Source: the human T2T-CHM13v2.0 reference genome, Homo sapiens. Taken from it: a DNA stretch of 64,000 nucleotides. Below the pieces are notes generated by a model. That model was not told the DNA's origin. It made no database searches and saw nothing but the letters and a program-made list of their open reading frames with translations. Position numbers and translations under genes: made by a program. Shown piece after piece: positions 1 through 26,745 of this stretch (position 1 is the stretch's first letter; each line of letters begins with the position of its first letter). The stretch is from the NCBI RefSeq assembly GCF_009914755.1, contig NC_060931.1. One strand, 5' to 3'.

Positions 1-22
1 ACCTGTGTAAAATGTGGGAAGT

Positions 23-3770
<3,748 letters not shown>

Positions 3771-4248
3771 TTTCCTCCTAAGGGTCTTCCTAACTGTGGT
3801 GACTACGTATTGTGGGCAGCCCTCATTTAAAACAATCTGTCTATGCTTTTTGTTCTGGAAAATATGGACAACATAACTACACAAGTTATGATCTAGCCAA
3901 AGTGCTTCTGAATTACCAAATTATGGGGTTTCATTAGAAGAAATGACAGCGATAACATGATTAATAGGAGTTTTTTTAGCAGAATGCCCTCATGTTAAGC
4001 CTTCCGAAGCCTTTCTTTTAAACCCCTAGTTTTTCTCGCAATGATGTTATTTTTGTTTTTTAATATGGAAGACTAGAGGTTACTCTCAGTCAAAAAAATA
4101 TGAAACAGTTCACTAAGACCCACAGAAAACCCTACCGTCTGCTTCTCCTACAGAGCGTTTAATTAGTATTTCCTAGATAAGGAACGTAGATGGTCGTGGT
4201 GAAAGACAGCTATTTTCAGGCACGGTTTCTCGTGTGCTTTAATTACAG

Positions 4249-4551
4249 AAAGCACTCCAAAGACCTCCGCCAGCTGCAGCCCTGCCCCTGAGTCCCCGAT
4301 GAGTTCCAGTGAGTCGGTGAAGAGCCTGACCGAGCTGGTCCAGCAGCCCTGTCCCCCCATCGAGGCGAGCAAGGACAGCAAGCCACCAGAGCCCAGTGAC
4401 CCGCCAGCATCCGACTCCCAGCCCACAACCCCGCTGCCTCTCTCCGGACACTCGGCCCTCAGCATCCAAGAATTAGTAGCCATGTCCCCGGAGCTGGACA
4501 CCTACGGCATAACCAAGCGGGTGAAGGAGGTGCTGACGGACAACAACCTCG
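4249..4551 (+). CDS. CUX1: CUX1 (CDP/p200) coding exon (conventionally exon 21): linker and start of CUT repeat 3
   Basis: Acceptor ...ttaattacag|AA and donor CTCG|gtaggt; 303 nt, phase 1-1. Translates (E)[26 protein letters not shown]...[20 protein letters not shown](G), recognised as CUX1. Confidence 0.97.
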
Positions 4552-4824
4552 GTAGGTTCTCCTCTCGGCTGCTGAGTCAGGAGGTGGCAGGGAGTTTGCA
4601 GGAGGAGCAGGTGAAGGGCGGGCCCTAGGCCAAGCCAACCACAGAGTCTCAACTTGTGTAGGCACCCTTTGAGAACATGAAACATCCTATAGTTGTGAAC
4701 AGTAAGGAGCGTGCCGTCTGCAGGTCAGTCCCCACCTCCTCCCCACCCTGCACCCCCACGGGGACCAGTTAGAAGATGAGCATGGAGTCAGAGTGGACTC
4801 GGGAGGATCCACACAGACTGTCTC

Positions 4825-10751
<5,927 letters not shown>

Positions 10752-10824
10752 TTATAAGTCTGGTTGAAGATATATTTCTACCACATGTTTGCTGTAAGCT
10801 AGGATGTCACCAGCCCAACCCTGA

Positions 10825-11196
<372 letters not shown>

Positions 11197-11814
11197 TGAT
11201 GAGGGACATTGACCCATGACCAAGGGACCAGAGGACAGGGCAAAAATATTTTTGGATGGTCATCAGCTAATGAGTACCTAAGAGGGCTGGAAAGTTGTGT
11301 AACTTTTTCTCTCCAGCAGCCTGAATCTAAAGATTTTTTTAGCACTGGGAGCACTTTTAACCAAGGAGAGCGAAACAGCTCTGGGGGCGCTGCATTTGGT
11401 TTTTGTGTTGTGTGGGTGGCTGATCGGGCTATCACAGCATTTACTGAGCATGTACCAGGTGGCTAGAGGCCTTCCTTTGTTATCAGAGAGAGAAATAAGA
11501 AATGCATTTTGTAGGCAGGGCACGGCGGCTCACGCCTGTAATCTCAGCACTTTGGGAGGCTGAGGCAGGCGGATCACTTGAGGTCAGGAGTTCAAGACCA
11601 GCCTGGCCAACATGGCAAAACCCCCTCACTACTAAAAAAAAAAAAAAAAAAAAAATATAGCCAAGCTTGGTGGCGTGCGCCTCTATAATCCCAACTACTT
11701 GGGAGGCTGAGGCACAAGAATCGCTTGAACCCTGCAGGCGGTGAACAGAGATTGAGCCACCGCACTCCAGCCTGGGTGACAGACCATGACCCTATCTCAA
11801 AAAAAAAAAATGCA

Positions 11815-11895
11815 TTTTGTAGATCAGGAAACAGAGGTTCAGAGAGGTTCGGTGCCTCCACCAAGGTCACCCGGCCTGGAAAGTGACAAAGCAAA
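11815..11895. mobile_element. MIR fragment (others at about 17620-18050, 22480-23010, 35440-35490, 39090-39200, 50390-50450 and 57340-57375)
   Basis: MIR core motifs gaggaaac(t/a)gaggctcagagagg...aaggtcac and ctgtaaaatgg. Confidence 0.6.
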
Positions 11896-12387
11896 CTCCT
11901 GCCACAACAGATCTCTCTCTTGCTGTTATTTCCCAGCCTCTGGGGATTTGGCCTCCCTAGAGGAATAACCCCACGTGCACCCACATGTCATCTCGAATGT
12001 GGATTCATGTTCTTCTTGCAGCCTGTAGGCTACAGCATAGGAAAAATGCCTAAAGCCAGGTGTGCTGTGCCTCTTGGTTTGCAGTTTCTAAGCGCTGGTC
12101 CTCGCCAGTGAGTCCGCCCCTCGAGCACCCTCAGTCCTCAGGTCACCTATGGTGCTGGGAGCTCACTGGGCGGCTGAACTGCATCCCTTAGGGGCAGAGA
12201 CTGGGAACCAGCTGCTGCCGGTCTGACCGTAAGAAGCGGCAGCCTCCCTGATCAGCTAACGCAGAGGACCTTAACTAAGAGTGGGCATCCCAGGGGCCGG
12301 GCGCAGTGGCTCATGTCTGTAATCCCAGCACTTTGGGAGTCCGAGGCAGGTGGATCACTTGAGGTTCAGAGTTCAAGACCAGCCTCA

Positions 12388-12828
<441 letters not shown>

Positions 12829-14522
12829 CTATGGGGGTTCCTTTATAATAATAGAGGCTTCTATTTTCTGAGAACTGCCCTGTTTGCCAGGCACTGCGCT
12901 AAGACTGCTGTTCATCCACACGACTCTGCTTAGATGTCCTTATCCAGGAAATACGAACCTCGGTGCTTCATGCAGCCTAGCAGATTTCAATAGCTCCTAT
13001 CAGTAGGGAACGGGAATTCATACTCAGGGCTGTCAGATTTCAAAGCAGATGCTCTTAAATATACATCCGCTGCCTCTGTGCTGCGAGCTGCCCCCCTGGG
13101 ATGACCCAGGGGCACTGCTGCTGCCCACTGATGACCTGCCCAGGTGGTGGCCTCTGCCCCATTCAGGGCCCCTCTAGCGAGCTCTGGCCTGCCCTTGGGC
13201 CTGTAGTCTAAGGGTCTGAGGTAGGCCATGCCTCTTGGGCAGCCCCAGGCAGCGCTGTAAGCTGCAGAGGCCTGGTGCCACATTGCCCCCCTAAAAGTTT
13301 TCAACTTATTTTTCGTTTTGTTTTTTGTTTTTTGTTTTTTAAAGTCTCGCTATATTGCCCAGGCTGATCTTGAACTCCTGGCCTCAAGCAGTCCTCCCAT
13401 CTCGGCCTCCCAAAGCGCTGGGATTACAGGCATGAGCCACTGCGCCCGGCCTTTTCAATGTCTTATTATGGGAAATCTCCAACATAAACAAAAGTAGAGA
13501 AAATGCTGTCATGAACCCAATAGATCTGTGCAGAGTTTCCCGTGATCCCCTCACCCGAGCAGCGTGAAGCTTCCTGCACTAGCCAGGAGGCAGCCCTCAG
13601 CCCTTAGGAGGGAGGAGGCCCTGACAACCCAACTCCCTGCTGTGTTTCTCACCCTGGGGCCCTTAGGAAAGGACCTTAGTCCCCGCAAATACATCTCCAG
13701 GGCTTCCCAGGCCTCCCATCTTTCCCTCGGCACAGGCTCGGGGCGCCCTCTTGTGTTACAAATGAATTACTGTTTCTGCGGGGCCCAGACCTTTCCAAAG
13801 GTGCCCTAGTATCCAAAGCCGCTGTGGTCCGATGGCCTTCTCTTCACTCCTGGGGGTGCCGGCCACAAAGGCTGCTCCCTAGAGAGGCCTTCTCCAGCCC
13901 CCTGCCAGCCCCTGGTCAGTCGTCTGTCCCCTAGGAGGGAACTGGAGGGAGTCCCCACGGTTGGACAATCCAACTCCTTTCTCTGGATCCAGCAGCTTTG
14001 ACTCCGCTGTTTGGGTTTTCTATGGGGAAGATTTACCTTCTCAATTGCTTCTGAGTTCTCATGACAAAATGGCAAGTTAATTAAGGAAATCCCTTGCCTA
14101 AGCTGTTTATTTTATTTTTTTAGAGACAGGGTCTCTGTTGCCCAGGCTGGAGGGCAGTGATACAATCATAGCTCACTGCTGCAGCCTCGGTGTTCTGGGC
14201 TCAAGTGATCCTCCCGTCCCAGCTACTCGGGTGCACGCAGCCTCGGTGTTCTGGGCTCAAGTGATCCTCCCATCCCAGCTACCCGAGTAGCTGGGACTAC
14301 AGGTGCACGCCACCACACTGGCTAATTTTTAAATTTTTTTTGAGACAGGGTCTCTCTATGTTCTCCAGGCTGGTCTCAAACTCCTAGGCTCGAGCAATCC
14401 TCCCATCTCAGCTTCCCAAAGTGCAGAGATTATAGGCGAGAGCCACCACGCCCGGCGATGTCCTTCAGGATTCAGTTTAAACATCATCTCTTCTAGGCAA
14501 CTTCCCCTTCTGCCTCCCCAGG

Positions 14523-15527
14523 TGTAGGGACCAGCCCCACAGGGTCTGTGGGTGTCTCCCCGTGTGTGGAGACGAGAGAGTATAGAAATAAAGACACAAG
14601 ACAAAGAGATAAAAGGCAGCTGGGCCCGGGGAACCACTACCACCAAGTTGTGGAGACTGGTAGTGGCCCCAAATGCCAGGCTGCACTGATATTTATTGGA
14701 TACAAGACAAAGGGGCAGGATAAGGAGAGTGAACCATCTCCAATCATAGGTAAGGCCACGTGGGTCACATGTCCACTGGACAGGGGCCCTTCCCTGCCTG
14801 GCAGCCGAGGCAGAGAGAGAGAGGAGACAAACAGAGAAACAACCTACACCATTATTAGAGACTTTTAGTACTTTCACTAATTTGCTACTGCTATCTAGAA
14901 GGCAGAGCCAGGTGTACAGGATGGAACATGAAGGCAGACTAGGAGCGTGACCACTGAAGCACAGCATCACAGGGAGATGGTTAGGCCTCCAGATAACTGC
15001 GGGCAAGCCTGACAATGTCAGGCCCTCCACAAGAGGTGGAGGAGCAGAGTCTTCTCTAAACTCCCCCGGGGAAAGGGATACTCCCTTTCCCGGGATACTC
15101 CCTTTCCCGGTCTGCTAAGTAGCCTGTGTTTTTCCTTGACACTGAGGCTACCGCTAGACCACGGTCCGCCTGGCAACGGGCGTCTTCCCAGACGCTGGCG
15201 TTACCTCTAGACCAAGGAGTCCTCTGGTGGCCCTGTCTGGGCATAACAGAAGGCTCGCACTCTTGTCTTCTGGTCACTCCTCACTGTGTCCCCTCATCTC
15301 CTATCTCTGTATGGCCTGGTTTTTCCTAGGTTATGGTTATAGAGCAAGGATTATTATAATATTGGAATAAAGAGTAATTGCTACAAACTAATGATTAATG
15401 ATATTCATATATAATCATATCTAAGATCTATATCTGGTGTAACTATTCTTGTTTTATATTTTATTATACTAGAACAGCTTGTGTCCTCGGTCTCTTGCCT
15501 CGGTACCTGGGTGGCTTGCCGCCCACA
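14523..15527 (-). mobile_element. Solo LTR13-family (ERVK-class) LTR, antisense in CUX1 intron 22
   Basis: 1005 bp with TG...CA ends and a perfect 6-bp TSD CCCAGG (14517-14522 and 15528-15533). The minus strand starts TGTGGGCGGCAAGCCACCCAGG as I recall for LTR13; minus-strand AATAAA at 14692-14697. Confidence 0.9.
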
Positions 15528-15711
15528 CCCAGGCCTGGCCGAGGAACTCTTCTCAGTATCCCCATGGTCTCTTGCACTTACTTACCCCCACCCCACTTTT
15601 CACTCTGCTGGGAACATCTCTCTGGATACTTCTCTGCCTCCCCTACTAAACTGTTAAGTTGTGCAGGGACAGGTGAGGACCTGACATTCTGTCAGAGCAG
15701 GTCCTTGGTGA

Positions 15712-16508
<797 letters not shown>

Positions 16509-16640
16509 TGATCTGTCCGGAGGCCGCCATGGCGCACAGGGGTGAGGCTGGGGCCGGAGGTGGGGCGCTGGGAGCTCGGTGATTGGTCCGTTCCTTGGTC
16601 CCTTAGGGTTTTTTTTTTCTTTTCTTTTCTTTTCTTTTGA

Positions 16641-16859
<219 letters not shown>

Positions 16860-17669
16860 TGATCTGCCCACCTCGGCCCCGCAAAGTGCTGGGATTACAG
16901 GCGTGAGCCACCACGCCTGGCAGTTCCTTAGGTGTTATTGGAGGTTTTAACTGCAGAGATGTAAGGCCACGTCCCTTCCCGTCACTGTCACATAGTTAGA
17001 AACAGGTGGTATCTGCCATGACCCAGAAAGAAAATCACCTCTCGATTACATCATTTAATAAGGGAGAGTGTAGGCATTCATGGTTCAAAAGGAGTGAAAC
17101 TTTTGTGGTTTAGTTTATATATATCTATATTTATAGTTATATTCATATTTATTTATTTTTAGAGACAAGGGCTTGCTCTGTCACCCAGGCTAAAGTGCAG
17201 TGGTGCAATCATAGCTTACTGCAGGCTGGAACTCCTGGGCTCAGGCAGTCCTCCCACCTCAGCCTCCTGAGTAGCTAGGATGCCAATGCACCACCATGCC
17301 TGCTGATTTTTTATAGAGACAGGGGTCTCGCTCTGTTGCCCAAGCTGGTCTCAAACTCCTGGCCTCAAGCAGTCCTACCACCTCAACCTCCCAAAGCCTT
17401 GTGATTATAGACATGAGCCACCACACCTGGCCTGAACTTTTATTTCTTAGTGATTTTGCAGTGCTTTCTCGGGGTCTTCTGCCATGTTATCTTCCAAATT
17501 AGTTTGATTAGTTCTGTAATTAAATAAATGAAGTCATTTAAGACCTTTGCATTTGGGAAAGTTCATGAGTTAATGAAGACAGATTGAGCATCTTCTAGAT
17601 CTCAGATTCTGAGCTAAGTATTTCACCGAGTTATATCACTTAATCCTCACAGCTCACAAATGTATATGA

Positions 17670-17819
<150 letters not shown>

Positions 17820-17830
17820 TGAGTGGCTGA

Positions 17831-18103
<273 letters not shown>

Positions 18104-19250
18104 TAGATGGAGGAAACCCACTGAAGGATCCTGAGTTGCTGATCATAGCTATAACCATACTCTCTGCTGCTAGAAACCAAGAATTCCAGGGCCCTGATGG
18201 AGATCCCTAAGCTAGTGCCTTGCCATTGACCATCTCAGGTGCTGCTTCCCATTGTCCCTAGGGCACGATAACATTGGGGTAGGTGCTCCTGGTTCAACCA
18301 AGGTCACCCTACGTAGGTCTAGCCGATGGCAGTGGAGCCCTCCCAGCTGTGCACATGACACAGTCATGGGCAGCACAAAGTCACAGTCAGGCTGGAGGGG
18401 AAGTTGTGTCTCTCACCGGGCCCTCCCTCCCCCATAAGGTCCACTGGAGTTCCTAAAGGGGCCCAGTAAACCACCCAGGCTCTGAACAAATTGGGAAACT
18501 AAAATATTAGGTCAGAGTCCAAATCACACCTTTATTGCCCATAGAGGCAAAGTCACAAGATGCTGCTCATTGTGAGAACTGAGCGCACCTGCTACGTGGA
18601 CCCTAGACTCAGGCAAACTTCCCCACAATGGCAGCCCTGGCCCCGCACAGGCCTCCCCGTGTTCCAGCTACCTCCCGCAAGGACAAAATCCAGGATTAGC
18701 CAGGCGTGGTAACACGCACCTACAGCCCCAGCTACTCAGGAGGCTGAGGTGGGAGGATCACTTGAGGCCAGAAGGCGGAGGTTGCAGTGAGCCGAGATCA
18801 CACCACTGCACTCCAGTCTGGGTGATAGAGCCAGACCCTGTCTCAAAAAAAGAAAGTCCAGGAGCTGCACAGCCAGTTTCTTCATTCCAAATTTAGCAAT
18901 CAGATCAAAACAGAGGCAGAGGGAGGCCAGCAGTTAGAACAGTGGAGGTCCCTCTACTTGGAAGGAAACTTCAACAGTAATGAAGCAGAATGAAGGAAAT
19001 GAACGGAAACGTGGACAGGGGTTTCCTGAAGCTTCTCTTTGCCAGGTGCCATGCTATCCCATTTCCACTTTCTTTCTTTCTTTTTTTTTTTTTTTTTTTT
19101 TCTGAGACAGAGCCTTGCTCTGTCACCCAGGCTGGAGTACAGCAGCACGATCTCGGCTCACTGCAACCTCTGCCTCCTAGGTTCAAGCTTCTCCTGCCTC
19201 AGCCTCCTGAGTAGCTGAAATTATAGGCATCCACCACCATGCCCGGCTAA

Positions 19251-19379
<129 letters not shown>

Positions 19380-19663
19380 TAGATGCCATCTCTACTTTCT
19401 AGCCACAAAGATGCGTGCACTTTGAAGTCTCCTGCAATTCACATCCATTTTAGGGCATGTGTGATAACGCTTTCTATAATATAGACACATGCAAAGCCCT
19501 AGGTTACCATCTGGGCATAGATGCTACCAATTATACAAAACAGTTCCAAAAGTATGTTCCCTGGCCCTGCTGGAGCCACGTTTGTTTCCCAAGTCCCCCA
19601 ACAGGCCTCAGCTGCATGGCAGTCACTGCCCCCTGGCCAGGGTACACACCCTAGGGTTTCTCA

Positions 19664-20189
<526 letters not shown>

Positions 20190-20506
20190 TCAACAAATGC
20201 TTCCTTTCAAAAATAACTCCACAACAAAGCAGGCTGGGCTGAGTCAAATATGGGATCCAAGAGATGAGTTTGAGCTGCAGAGATCTGGAAAAATATCGTG
20301 GAAGAGGTATGAAATGAGCAGGCTCTTGAAAGGAGGATTGGAGTAGAGAAGAATTTTATAAGCAACGAAACAGGTGGAAGGAGAAACGAGGGGCCGAGCA
20401 CAGTGGCTCATGCCTGGAACTCCACCACATTGGGAGGCTGAAGCAGGAGGATGGTTTGAGGCCAGGAGTTTGAGACCAGCCTCAGTGAGACCCTGTCTCT
20501 ACAGAA

Positions 20507-20557
<51 letters not shown>
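20507..20557. repeat. (AAT)17 microsatellite in an Alu-monomer tail
   Basis: Perfect AAT run, counted by hand. Confidence 0.95.
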
Positions 20558-20561
<4 letters not shown>

Positions 20562-20746
20562 TAAATGAAGGAGAAGTGAGCATTCAAAATTAGCATGAAG
20601 TCGCTTGTCTAAGATCACCCAGCAGGGGCGGGCTTGGTGGTTCACGCCTATAATCCCAGCACTTTGGAAGGCCAAGGCGGGCAGATCATCTGAGGTCAGG
20701 AGTTCGAGACCAGCCTGGCCAACATGGTGAAACCCTGCCTCTACTA

Positions 20747-21106
<360 letters not shown>

Positions 21107-22493
21107 TTACGTTCTTTTCTCAGGGGTTAAACAGGAAAAGTAGATTTTCTTTTCTCCTGTCCCACTGGAACCCTCAGGGAGTAACACTTGGTGTCAATTT
21201 TTGCCCCCTCAAAAAAAAAAACCGAGCTTTATTTCCTCTTATCCTTTCACTTTAAGGGAATTAGAAATATCTCTGGCTAAAGGCAATTAAAAATATCTCA
21301 GGCTGGGCCGGGCACGGCCTGTAATCCCAGCATTTGGGGAGGCCAAGGTGGGAGGATTGCTTGAGCCCAGGAGTTTGAGACCAGACTGGGCAACATAGTG
21401 AGACCACGTCTCTACAAAAAATAGAAAAACAGGCGGGCGTGGTGGTGCATGCCTGTGATCCCAGCTACTCAGGAGGCTGAGGTGGGAGAATCACTTGAGG
21501 AGGTTGAGGCTGCAGTGAGCTGTGATCATGCCATTGCACTCCAGCCTGGGGAACAGAGCAAGACCCTGTCCCCCAGCAAAAAAAAGCATATCTCAGGCTG
21601 ACCATTTACCCAGGATTGATGACGAGATTGCCAGAACAACATGCCACAGGACACTGCTCTCCCCTGGAAAAACAGGTCCACCCAGTTAGGAACTCAGATT
21701 CTGAACCCTCGCAGCCACGGCATTCTGCGAGCCTTGTGTGACTTCCCTAAAAACCACAACTGCTCCTGGAAGCTCATCTTTCTAGGCCAGAAGACAGTAT
21801 TCCTTAGAAATATGGAGACAAATCTAGGCTAAAAAGGATGATGTCTCACATCTGTGGAGCACAAAGCATGTGCCAGGCACTGAGCCAAAAAGGTTTTTGT
21901 TTGTTTGTTTGTTTTCTGATTTTGGTTTTGGTTTTGGTTTTTTGAGAAAGGGTCTCGCTCTGTCGCCGAGGCTGGAGTGCAGTGGCAAAATCTCAGCTCA
22001 CCGCAGCCTTGAACTCCCAGGCTCAGCCAATCCTTCCATCTGAGCCTCAGGAGTAGCTGGGGCTTCAGGTGCATGCCACCACACCTGGCTAATTTTTTGT
22101 ATTTTTCTGTAGAGATGGGGTTTTGCTATTTTGCCCAGGCTGGTCTCTAACTCCTGAGCTCAAGTGATCTCCCACCCAGGCCTCCCAAAGCCCTGGGATT
22201 ATAGGCATGAGTCCCTGCACCCGGCCTGAGCAGACAGTTTTATAGATATATCATCTTATTAGTCCCTCCATCAGCACCCAAGTGCAGTGCTGCTGGCCCC
22301 ATTTTACAGGCAAAGTCTGCACACAGGGGCCAAGCTCATGAGCATGGAAACACAAGCCCCATGCCTAACGGTGTCCGCTCCCCACCCCAGCCTTAGGGCT
22401 TATCACAGCACACAAACAGCGGCTGGATAGGGGGAAGGGTGACCCCTTTTTGAATGGCTACTTTGGGTCCTACCTCATACATTTAATACCTTA

Positions 22494-22853
<360 letters not shown>

Positions 22854-25068
22854 TCAAAAAAAAAAAAAAATGAAAAATGAAATTTTCTTATTTCTCACAG
22901 AATGCTATGGCTATGAGGTTAAATAACTTCTCCAAGTTGCACAGCTAGTAAGCACCTTAGCCAGATATCCAACCCAAGTGTGCCTGCTTCCAAAAAGCCT
23001 GTACTCTGGTTTTGGGTCGGGCTGGGACCAAACCTTCACTACCCATATAGCCTCCCGCCTCCCCAACCAGAATAGGTGGGGTGGAGAGTTTCACCCCAAC
23101 TAGCAGTCTCACTGCCAAGGAACTTGAAAGCCATAGCGCCCAGGAACCTGTTCACAGAAGCCACCATTTCCTGGGCTCCCAAGGTAGCCCCAGGGAAGGG
23201 GGAAAGACTTACACACCTTGGAACTTCTGGGGGGCTTCTCAGAACCTTTCCTTTCTGAACCAGAGCTCACAAATCTTTCAGGACAAGGTTCAGAGCTCAC
23301 TGCACGCAGGAATCAAATAACTCCATAGCAGATTCACAACCCCCTGCACCCCACCAGAGTTCAATACCCTGGGCTAAGCTACAGTAGGATCTTCCCCAGG
23401 GGAGTCCCCACAGTCAGCACAGGACCCGGCGCAGAGTAGGAGCCCAGAAAACCTTTGTTTTTTTTTTTCCCTTGAGACAGGATCTTGCTCTGTCGCCCAG
23501 GCTGGAGTGCAGTGGCAGTCTTGGCTCACTGTAACCTCCACCTCCCAGGTTCAAGAGATTCTCCTGCCTCAGCCTCCTGAGTTGCTGGGATTACAGGTAC
23601 CTGCCACCACGCCTGGCTAATTTTTGTATTTTTAGTAGAGACAAGGTTCCACCATGTTGGCCGGGCTGGTCTCGAACGCCGGGCCTCAAGCCATCTGCCC
23701 GCCTCAGCCTCCCAAAGTGCTGGGATTGCAGGCGTGAGCTACCATGCCCAGCCTCAGAAAGCCTTATTGGCCGGGCTTGGTGGCTTATACCTGTAGTATC
23801 AACACTTTGGGAGGCCAAGGCAGCAGAATCACTTCAGCCCAGGAGGTCAAGTTTGCAGTAAACTATGATCTTGCCCCTGCACTCCAGCCTAAGCAACATC
23901 ATGAGATCCTGTCTCTACAATATTTTAAAAATTTAGGCATGGTGGTATACACCTGTGGTCCTAGCTACTCAGGAGGCTGAGGCAGGAGGATCACCTGAGC
24001 CTGGGAGGTGGAGGTTGCAGGGAGCTATGATCACACCACTGCATTTCAGCCTGAGTGACAGAGCAAGACACTGCCTCTAAGTAAAATAAGGAAAGGAAAA
24101 AAAAAAAAAGAAAGAAAAAATACAGAATTTGGTGGAATTCCACCCTACCCTGGACCACAAGCCCCCAACCTGACCTTCTGTGGCTCAGAGATTAAAATTG
24201 TCACTTTGGCCACTATCCAATAATTGGTCCTCTCTCCTGAAGTCCTGATGGATGCAGCGGTTATCAGGCAGTTTCACTGATGAACTCACCCAGCCTTCGT
24301 TACTGCACACCAGGCGCCAGTGCAAGGCCTGGGTGTACAAAGAATAAATAGGACCTTGCCTTTCTCAGTCTAGTTGGAGCGGGATGGGATGGGATGGAGG
24401 AAACGTGTCACTCGATAAGAACCCTGGCCAGAAGTGGTGGCTCATGCCTGTAATCCCAGCACTTGGGGAGGCCCAGGCAGGAAGATTGCTTGAGCCCAGG
24501 AGCTTAAGACTAGCCTGGGCAACATGGCAAGACTCCATCTCTTTAAAAAATTTAAAAATTAGCAAGCATAGTGACACAGTTGTGGTCCTAGCTACTCAGG
24601 AGGCTCAGATGGGAGGATCACTCAAGCCCAGTAGTTGGAGGCTGCAGTGAGCTGTGATGGCACCACTGCACTCCAGTCTGGGTGACAGAACAAGGCCTTG
24701 TTTCCAAAAGGTTTTTGAAAAATAAAATAAGTGGCCGGACGCAGTGGCTCACACCTGTAATCCCAGCACTTTTGGAGGCCAAGGCAGATAGCTCATGTGA
24801 GGTCCGGAGTTTGAGACCAGCCTGGCCAACATGGTGAAACCCCATCTCTTCTAAAAATGCAAAAATTAGCTGGATGTGGTAGTGGGTGACTGTAATCCCA
24901 GGTACTCTGGAGGCTGAGGCAGGAGAATCGCTTGAACCCAGGAGGCAGAGGTTGCAGTCTGCGGAGATTGAGCCACTGCACTCCACCTGGGCAGCAACAG
25001 GGAAATTCTGTCTCAAAAAATAAAAATTAAAATAAGTGCCCGCGGCAATTTGTTGCAGTGGAGAATAG

Positions 25069-25926
<858 letters not shown>

Positions 25927-26019
25927 GGGGCTGCGGCCCTGGGGCGGGCAGCCAGGCTGGGCCGCAAGGGCCTGGACGGGGTCGGACGGGGCAGGCGCTG
26001 CGGACACCGTGGCCTGGGC

Positions 26020-26215
26020 TTGGCCCGCGGCCTGCACCGACCCCGGGCCGGACCTGAGCCCGCAGCCCAGACCCCCTCCACGGTCCGCGGCCTGCACCGA
26101 CCCGAGGCCCAGATCCAAGGCCGCGGCCCAGACCCACTCTGCGGCCCGGGCCGACCCTGCGGCCTCCACCAACCCCGCGGCCCAGACCCAGCCCGCGGCC
26201 TGGACCCCTGGACCG
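26020..26215 (+). repeat. Degenerate GC-rich tandem repeat in the proximal CUX1 3'UTR
   Basis: Recurring ccgcggcc-(tgcaccgaccc or cagaccc) units, about 8 copies. Confidence 0.75.
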
Positions 26216-26716
26216 CTTTGCGCACTTACCGCCCTGCGGGCCACAGGGCAAAATCGCCATAGGCCAAGGTGCATATAGAAAACAAAGGAGCATTAAGCCC
26301 AATCTATGTCGTGTTTTCAAGGAAGAAAACGGAAATGTGTGGTCGAGCTTTTTTGTACCCTGAAGTGTTTTTTTTATTGCCCTAAGTGATTTCCACAGGT
26401 TCTGGAATAACTCTTACAGCTTTGCCTTGTGTCCTCTTGTTCCGTGTGGGCTTTAAAAGAAAAAAAATCAAACCCACATATTAAAAGGGGGCTTTTTATC
26501 TGCCATCTAATGGCTTCAGAGCGATAATACACTATTATCTTCTTAAACCAGGAAAAAATAAAAGGGGGGGTGGGATTTTTCAGAAAAATTAAAAAAGAAA
26601 GTTTTTGTAGCTGTTCAGTTGCCACTAAGAGATTGCACAGTCAAAACGACTCTAAACACACTAGTTTGGATTCCTAAATATTTTCAAGAAAAGAATCTTC
26701 TCGTTTGAAACTTTGA

Positions 26717-26745
26717 ATTAAAATAAAACACATTTACTCCACATA
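26717..26745 (+). terminator. Proximal CUX1 poly(A) site
   Basis: Overlapping ATTAAA (26717-26722) and AATAAA (26722-26727), CA dinucleotides about 15 nt downstream, then a T-run. Confidence 0.7.

Noticed and set aside
14356-15030. 224-aa minus-strand ORF
   Set aside because: Lies within the LTR13 and runs into an Alu; no gag/pol/env similarity.
26020-26215. Repeat-spacer-like appearance of the GC-rich units
   Set aside because: Degenerate tandem repeat in a human 3'UTR; no constant repeat with unique spacers and no cas genes, so not CRISPR.
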